This document shows, in pieces, positions 59,722 through 64,000 of a stretch of 64,000 nt of DNA; the first letter of the stretch is position 1; each line of letters opens with the position of its first letter. The stretch is from Bdellovibrio sp. (lineage in GTDB: Bacteria; Bdellovibrionota; Bdellovibrionia; Bdellovibrionales; Bdellovibrionaceae), in the NCBI GenBank assembly GCA_036676395.1, contig JAKFCY010000002.1, positions 2,176,001 to 2,240,000 on the forward strand, read 5' to 3'. The position numbers and the translations under genes are program-made. Under the pieces are notes generated by a model. That model was not told the origin of the DNA and searched no databases. It worked only from the letters and a program-made list of their open reading frames with translations.

Positions 59722-61751
59722 ATTTGGATTCTTTCTTTCTCGGATAAGAACAATTTATTATTCGATTTACAGGCAAAAGCTTCAGTAAAACCAGGTTGAT
59801 GTTTTACCTGCTCATTAATACGCGCATAACCTAAAGCGTGCGGATCAGTTTTTAATAACATTTCTTTCATTTTATCGCGGGCGACACCACACCATAAACG
59901 ACCGTAAGCGACGAAGAATTTCTTTTTATCTTCGATTGAGCCTTCGCCTTTTGGAAAAGCCGCTCTGTAAGCGAATGTTAACCCCACTAAGTCAGCTGTG
60001 TTTTCACCTAAAGTTAGCTCACCGTTGTGACCAATTTTATTAAATTGATCTGTCATACGCTGGCCACGCTCTTTAAATGTCTTCACATCTTCATCAGTCA
60101 TCCACTGTTTAAGACGACCTTTATCATCAAATTTCGAACCTTCGTCATCAATTGCATGCCCTAATTCATGAGCTACGACTGCACCAACGGCCCCAAGATT
60201 TTCGATCACATCACCTTCTGGAACAAAAAATGGATACTGCAAAATACCGATCGGCATTACAAATTTGTTTTTATCCGCAGAATAGTAAGCATTCACTGTT
60301 AAAGGGCCCATTCCCCAAGCTTCTTGGTTTACGCCTTCTTTAAATTTTTTCAAACTTCTTTTAATTCCCTGTGTCGCCAAAAGTTTACCGTTATGATAAG
60401 GCTTTTTGTCAGAGTATTTTTGAATAGGTTTAAAATCCCATTCTTTGTCGGTGTACGGCTGAATCAACTGTAATTTGGCTTGATCGATTTTGGCAATCGC
60501 TCCCGATTTACCTTGTGCGGATAACCAAGTATTCGATTTTAAACCATCAATAATTGATTGACGTACACGTTCTGCAACGACTTTCATTTTCTCTTTCGGA
60601 AAATGCGGAAACAAACGCGGTAACATTTCTAAATCAAGCTCGCGGTTGAATGAGCCCATCACAGAAGTTGTGCAACGCTCTTGGCGATCCGGACGCGATG
60701 GCGCTCCGCCTAAGTATTTATGGCTGAATTCCATGCGCTTTTTAAATAATTCAGGGTATGCATCATCCATAAACCCGCGGGCCGAACGAAAGAAATACGT
60801 GTCTTTTAAAACTTGTAAGTTTTCATTTTTAAGTTCTTTTTGCACAAATTCAAAACTTTCCGGAATAAAATCACGAATCAAAGTTTTTGCCGGAATATTC
60901 TTTTTGATAAAATCATCTAAGCCAATAGCTGAGGTGCGTTTTAAAAATTCTTCACGCGTTACGTAACGAGGCTCTGTCCAACGTTTTCTAAATTCTGCTG
61001 GCATCGGGTAAGTGGCTTTGAAACGAGCTTCAAAATCAATCATGTTTTGAGCACGTTTTTTAAAATCGTCTTTATTACCTTCTGGATATACAGCCATAAA
61101 AAACTCAACAACTAGATCACGGTAAGCCGACATTAATTCTTTGTTATCATAATAGCTGTGCTCGGGTAAAAACATTAAGCCCACGTCAAACATCAGATCA
61201 TAAATTTTTGGATTATCGATATTTGGACCCATGTCATAATTAACAAAAGACCATTTTTCGGTGACCATATTTTCTTTATTGAATTTAACGAAATCCTCAA
61301 TTGATTTCAGTTTATCAATATCCGTGCGTAATGCGGCAACCAGCTCATGCTCTTCAGCTATGGCCCCAGCTTCATTCATACAGGCTTTGTAATACTGTTT
61401 CATTTGCAATGAACGCGGGTTTAATTTTTTCTCGCTATCAATGTTTTTAAAAAAAGTTTTTTTCTTTTCTAATAAGCGCTCATCTGAGTCTTCAAAGGCG
61501 AAAAAGTGGGCACTGCGATCTTCACGTAATTTAAATGAAGCTTCGACATTGCTACAGACGTACTTATGAAAATCATCACAAGGATTTGCTTTGTCATTGA
61601 GCGGGTATTCACGTTTTTCTGGAATTTCAGAAGACGGTGCAACGTTAGATTGTGCAGTTTGTGCGGCGTAAGTGATGGGAATAATGGTTAAAGCCGATAA
61701 AATTACACCAATTCCTATAGTCGAAGACTTAATCTTCATGAAACCCTCCAT
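59715..61751 (-). CDS. M13 (neprilysin/PepO) metallopeptidase
   Basis: PCDDFHKYVC, VNAYY, HELGH, GENTAD. Confidence 0.93.
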   Translation of the reverse strand: MEGFMKIKSSTIGIGVILSALTIIPITYAAQTAQSNVAPSSEIPEKREYPLNDKANPCDDFHKYVCSNVEASFKLREDRSAHFFAFEDSDERLLEKKKTFFKNIDSEKKLNPRSLQMKQYYKACMNEAGAIAEEHELVAALRTDIDKLKSIEDFVKFNKENMVTEKWSFVNYDMGPNIDNPKIYDLMFDVGLMFLPEHSYYDNKELMSAYRDLVVEFFMAVYPEGNKDDFKKRAQNMIDFEARFKATYPMPAEFRKRWTEPRYVTREEFLKRTSAIGLDDFIKKNIPAKTLIRDFIPESFEFVQKELKNENLQVLKDTYFFRSARGFMDDAYPELFKKRMEFSHKYLGGAPSRPDRQERCTTSVMGSFNRELDLEMLPRLFPHFPKEKMKVVAERVRQSIIDGLKSNTWLSAQGKSGAIAKIDQAKLQLIQPYTDKEWDFKPIQKYSDKKPYHNGKLLATQGIKRSLKKFKEGVNQEAWGMGPLTVNAYYSADKNKFVMPIGILQYPFFVPEGDVIENLGAVGAVVAHELGHAIDDEGSKFDDKGRLKQWMTDEDVKTFKERGQRMTDQFNKIGHNGELTLGENTADLVGLTFAYRAAFPKGEGSIEDKKKFFVAYGRLWCGVARDKMKEMLLKTDPHALGYARINEQVKHQPGFTEAFACKSNNKLFLSEKERIQIW

Positions 61752-61880
61752 GGTCCAGTTAAGAAGATACTATTTTGACAGTATTTACCTCTTGCGTGAA
61801 GCTTTTTTTCCACATCGTGACATGAGTCCAACTTCTGGTGCATAATATCGATTATCGTTTCACTCTAGCAGGAGGCTATT

Positions 61881-63011
61881 ATGTCTGTTCCATTTATCGA
61901 CTTAAAATCTCAATACAACGCATTGAAAACTTCAATCGATGCACGCATCCAAAAAGTTTTAGACAGCGGTGCCTATATCAATGGTCCTGAAGTCGCAGAA
62001 TTAGAACAAAAACTAGCAGCGCACACTGGATCAAAGTACTGTTTAGCCGTAGCCAGCGGCACTGATGCCTTAGTTATCCCGTTAATGGCTTTAGGTGTCG
62101 GCCAAGGCGACGAAGTGATTACCACTGCGTTTTCATTTATCGCAACAGCTGAAACAATTGTTTTAGCCGGCGCCACACCAATTTATGTAGATATTGATCC
62201 TAAAACTTTCAATATCGATCCTAAAAAAATTGAAGCAGCGATCACACCTAAAACAAAAGCCATCATGCCCGTTTCTTTATACGGCCAAGTTGCAGACTTA
62301 GATGAAATCAACGCGATTGCAAAAAAGCATAACTTGTTTGTTATCGAAGATACGGCGCAATCTTATGGCGCAAAATACAAAGATAAAAAAAGTGGTTCAA
62401 TGACAACGGCTGCAGGAACTTCATTCTACCCCGCTAAACCTCTTGGTTGTTACGGTGACGGCGGAGCAATTTTCACAAACGATGAAGCTCTATTAAAAAT
62501 CATGAAAGAAATTCGCGAGCATGGTTCTGAAAAACGCTACTACCACACGCGTCTTGGCGTGAATGGCCGCTTAGATACAATTCAATGTGCGATTTTATTA
62601 TCAAAACTTGAAAGATACGACTGGGAAGTTGAAGCACGTAACAAAATCGCTCACAACTTTTCAACTTCATTCGCTGGTTTAGAAAAACATGATCCATTGT
62701 TTTCTACTCCATTAGTAAAAGCAGGTAATGAAAGCGTTTGGGCCCAATACACAGTAACTGTGACAAACCGTGATGTTTTCCAAAAGAAATGCCAAGAGCT
62801 TGGTGTACCAACGACAGTTCACTACCCGATGACAATGGCTGATCAACCTTGGTATGCTAAAAACACGCCGCAACGCCATGATATCACGCACTCTCGTTGG
62901 GCGGCTCAACACGTGATTTCGTTGCCGATGTTTCCAGATATGACTGCAGAACAACAAACAAAAGTAATTGCAGCAGTTAAAACCGCTGTCGAATTCTCAG
63001 TGAAGGCCTAA
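61881..63011 (+). CDS. DegT/DnrJ/EryC1/StrS nucleotide-sugar aminotransferase
   Basis: SGTDAL, EDTAQS, SFYPAKPLGCYGDGG. Confidence 0.93.
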   Translation: MSVPFIDLKSQYNALKTSIDARIQKVLDSGAYINGPEVAELEQKLAAHTGSKYCLAVASGTDALVIPLMALGVGQGDEVITTAFSFIATAETIVLAGATPIYVDIDPKTFNIDPKKIEAAITPKTKAIMPVSLYGQVADLDEINAIAKKHNLFVIEDTAQSYGAKYKDKKSGSMTTAAGTSFYPAKPLGCYGDGGAIFTNDEALLKIMKEIREHGSEKRYYHTRLGVNGRLDTIQCAILLSKLERYDWEVEARNKIAHNFSTSFAGLEKHDPLFSTPLVKAGNESVWAQYTVTVTNRDVFQKKCQELGVPTTVHYPMTMADQPWYAKNTPQRHDITHSRWAAQHVISLPMFPDMTAEQQTKVIAAVKTAVEFSVKA

Positions 63012-63012
63012 C

Positions 63013-63876
63013 ATGATTAATTTAGTAAATGAATTTAAACCCTTAACAAAAACTGTTACGCTTGAATCAAAATACGGAAACATCACCTGGGGTGATGGCA
63101 AAAGTTTCGTGCTATTTGCTGGCCCTGATATTATCGAAGACGAAGGCATGGTGATTGAAACCGCAAAAGAAATTAAGCGCGTAACAACTGCATTAGGTAT
63201 TCCTTGGATTTTAAAATGTTCATTTGATAAGGCCAACCGTCAAAGTTTAAAAAGCTTTCGCGGCCCAGGCATGAAAGAAGCCTTAGCTTCTTTAGAAAAA
63301 ATCAAAGTGTCTGTAGGTTGTAATTTTATCACTGACGTTCACGAAACGATTCAAGTTGAAGAAACAGCTCAGTACGCTGAAGTTATTCAAATTCCTGCGT
63401 TCTTGTCTCGCCAAACCGACTTAATGGTGGCCGCAGCAAAAACTGGCCGCGTGCTTCATATTAAAAAAGGGCAATTTTTAGCTCCTTGGGATATGAAAGC
63501 TATTGCGCAGAAGGCCGTACAAACTGGCAACGATAAACTTTTACTTTGCGACCGCGGAACAACATTTGGTTACAATCGTTTAATCAACGATATGACGGGT
63601 TTAGTAGAAATGCGTCGTTTGGGCTTTCCGGTGATCATGGATTGCACACACTCAACGCAATTGCCTGGCGCAACTGGCGAATCTAGTGGCGGTCGTGGCG
63701 ATATGGTGTGGCCATTAGGTCGAGCAGCTGTTGCTGTCGGCGTTGATGGGATCTTTTTAGAGACTCATCCAGATCCAGAAAAAGCGCTTTGTGATGGGCC
63801 GACGTCATTGCCACTTCACAACTTAGAAGCTGTGCTTAAAAACCTTAAAAATATTTTTGATACTCACCAAAAATAG
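63013..63876 (+). CDS. kdsA: KDO-8-phosphate synthase
   Basis: FDKANR, QIPAFLSRQTDL, KKGQF, DCTHS, FLETHPDP. Confidence 0.93.
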   Translation: MINLVNEFKPLTKTVTLESKYGNITWGDGKSFVLFAGPDIIEDEGMVIETAKEIKRVTTALGIPWILKCSFDKANRQSLKSFRGPGMKEALASLEKIKVSVGCNFITDVHETIQVEETAQYAEVIQIPAFLSRQTDLMVAAAKTGRVLHIKKGQFLAPWDMKAIAQKAVQTGNDKLLLCDRGTTFGYNRLINDMTGLVEMRRLGFPVIMDCTHSTQLPGATGESSGGRGDMVWPLGRAAVAVGVDGIFLETHPDPEKALCDGPTSLPLHNLEAVLKNLKNIFDTHQK

Positions 63877-63891
63877 TGGCAACGTAGGGGG

Positions 63892-64000
63892 ATGCGAATC
63901 ATCCCTGCAAGCCTGAAGAATTATCTTCGCCCAGTTATAGCTTTTATACTGTTATTACTAGTTTTAAAATTGGGGCTTATTGATTTAGAACAGCTAAAAC
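63892..64000 (+). CDS. 5' fragment of a membrane protein (runs off the window)
   Basis: GGGG RBS-like sequence, ATG 63892, open hydrophobic frame MRIIPASLKNYLRPVIAFILLLLVLKLG... Confidence 0.5.
   Translation, partial: MRIIPASLKNYLRPVIAFILLLLVLKLGLIDLEQLK

Overview
AT-rich bacterial chromosomal window. Gene content (spoVG next to tRNA-Gln; many secreted S1, S8, M13, M23 and aspartyl proteases; a PilZ protein; an SLT; sigma54- and sigma28-like promoter motifs) is most consistent with a Bdellovibrionota predator, which is an inference. Main elements: (i) a RelE-like toxin/HTH antitoxin pair whose toxin has an in-frame nonsense codon; (ii) an accessory, defence-like block after tRNA-Gln (about 2.4-11.2 kb) with an SF1 helicase-nuclease and PIN-like, HsdR-N-like and HEPN-like proteins; (iii) the best candidate for a new system, a divergently arranged RiPP-like cluster at 20.7-25.3 kb. 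That cluster holds a borosin/OphMA-like SAM methyltransferase, a 2OG-Fe(II) oxygenase, an M3-like HExxH peptidase, a 52-aa candidate precursor missing from the ORF track and followed by a perfect hairpin, an ABC exporter and an aKG-HExxH-type protein; (iv) a TPP-riboswitch-controlled YkoEDC-type ECF transporter with a divergent thiamine pyrophosphokinase; (v) a putative sigma54 regulon of stress-type small proteins around an NtrC-family regulator; (vi) a lipoprotein with 14-15 Cys-rich 56-aa repeats; (vii) an aldolase-mtnA-mtnP salvage operon, plus LPS genes at the right end. All family calls come from motif recognition by eye; no searches were run.
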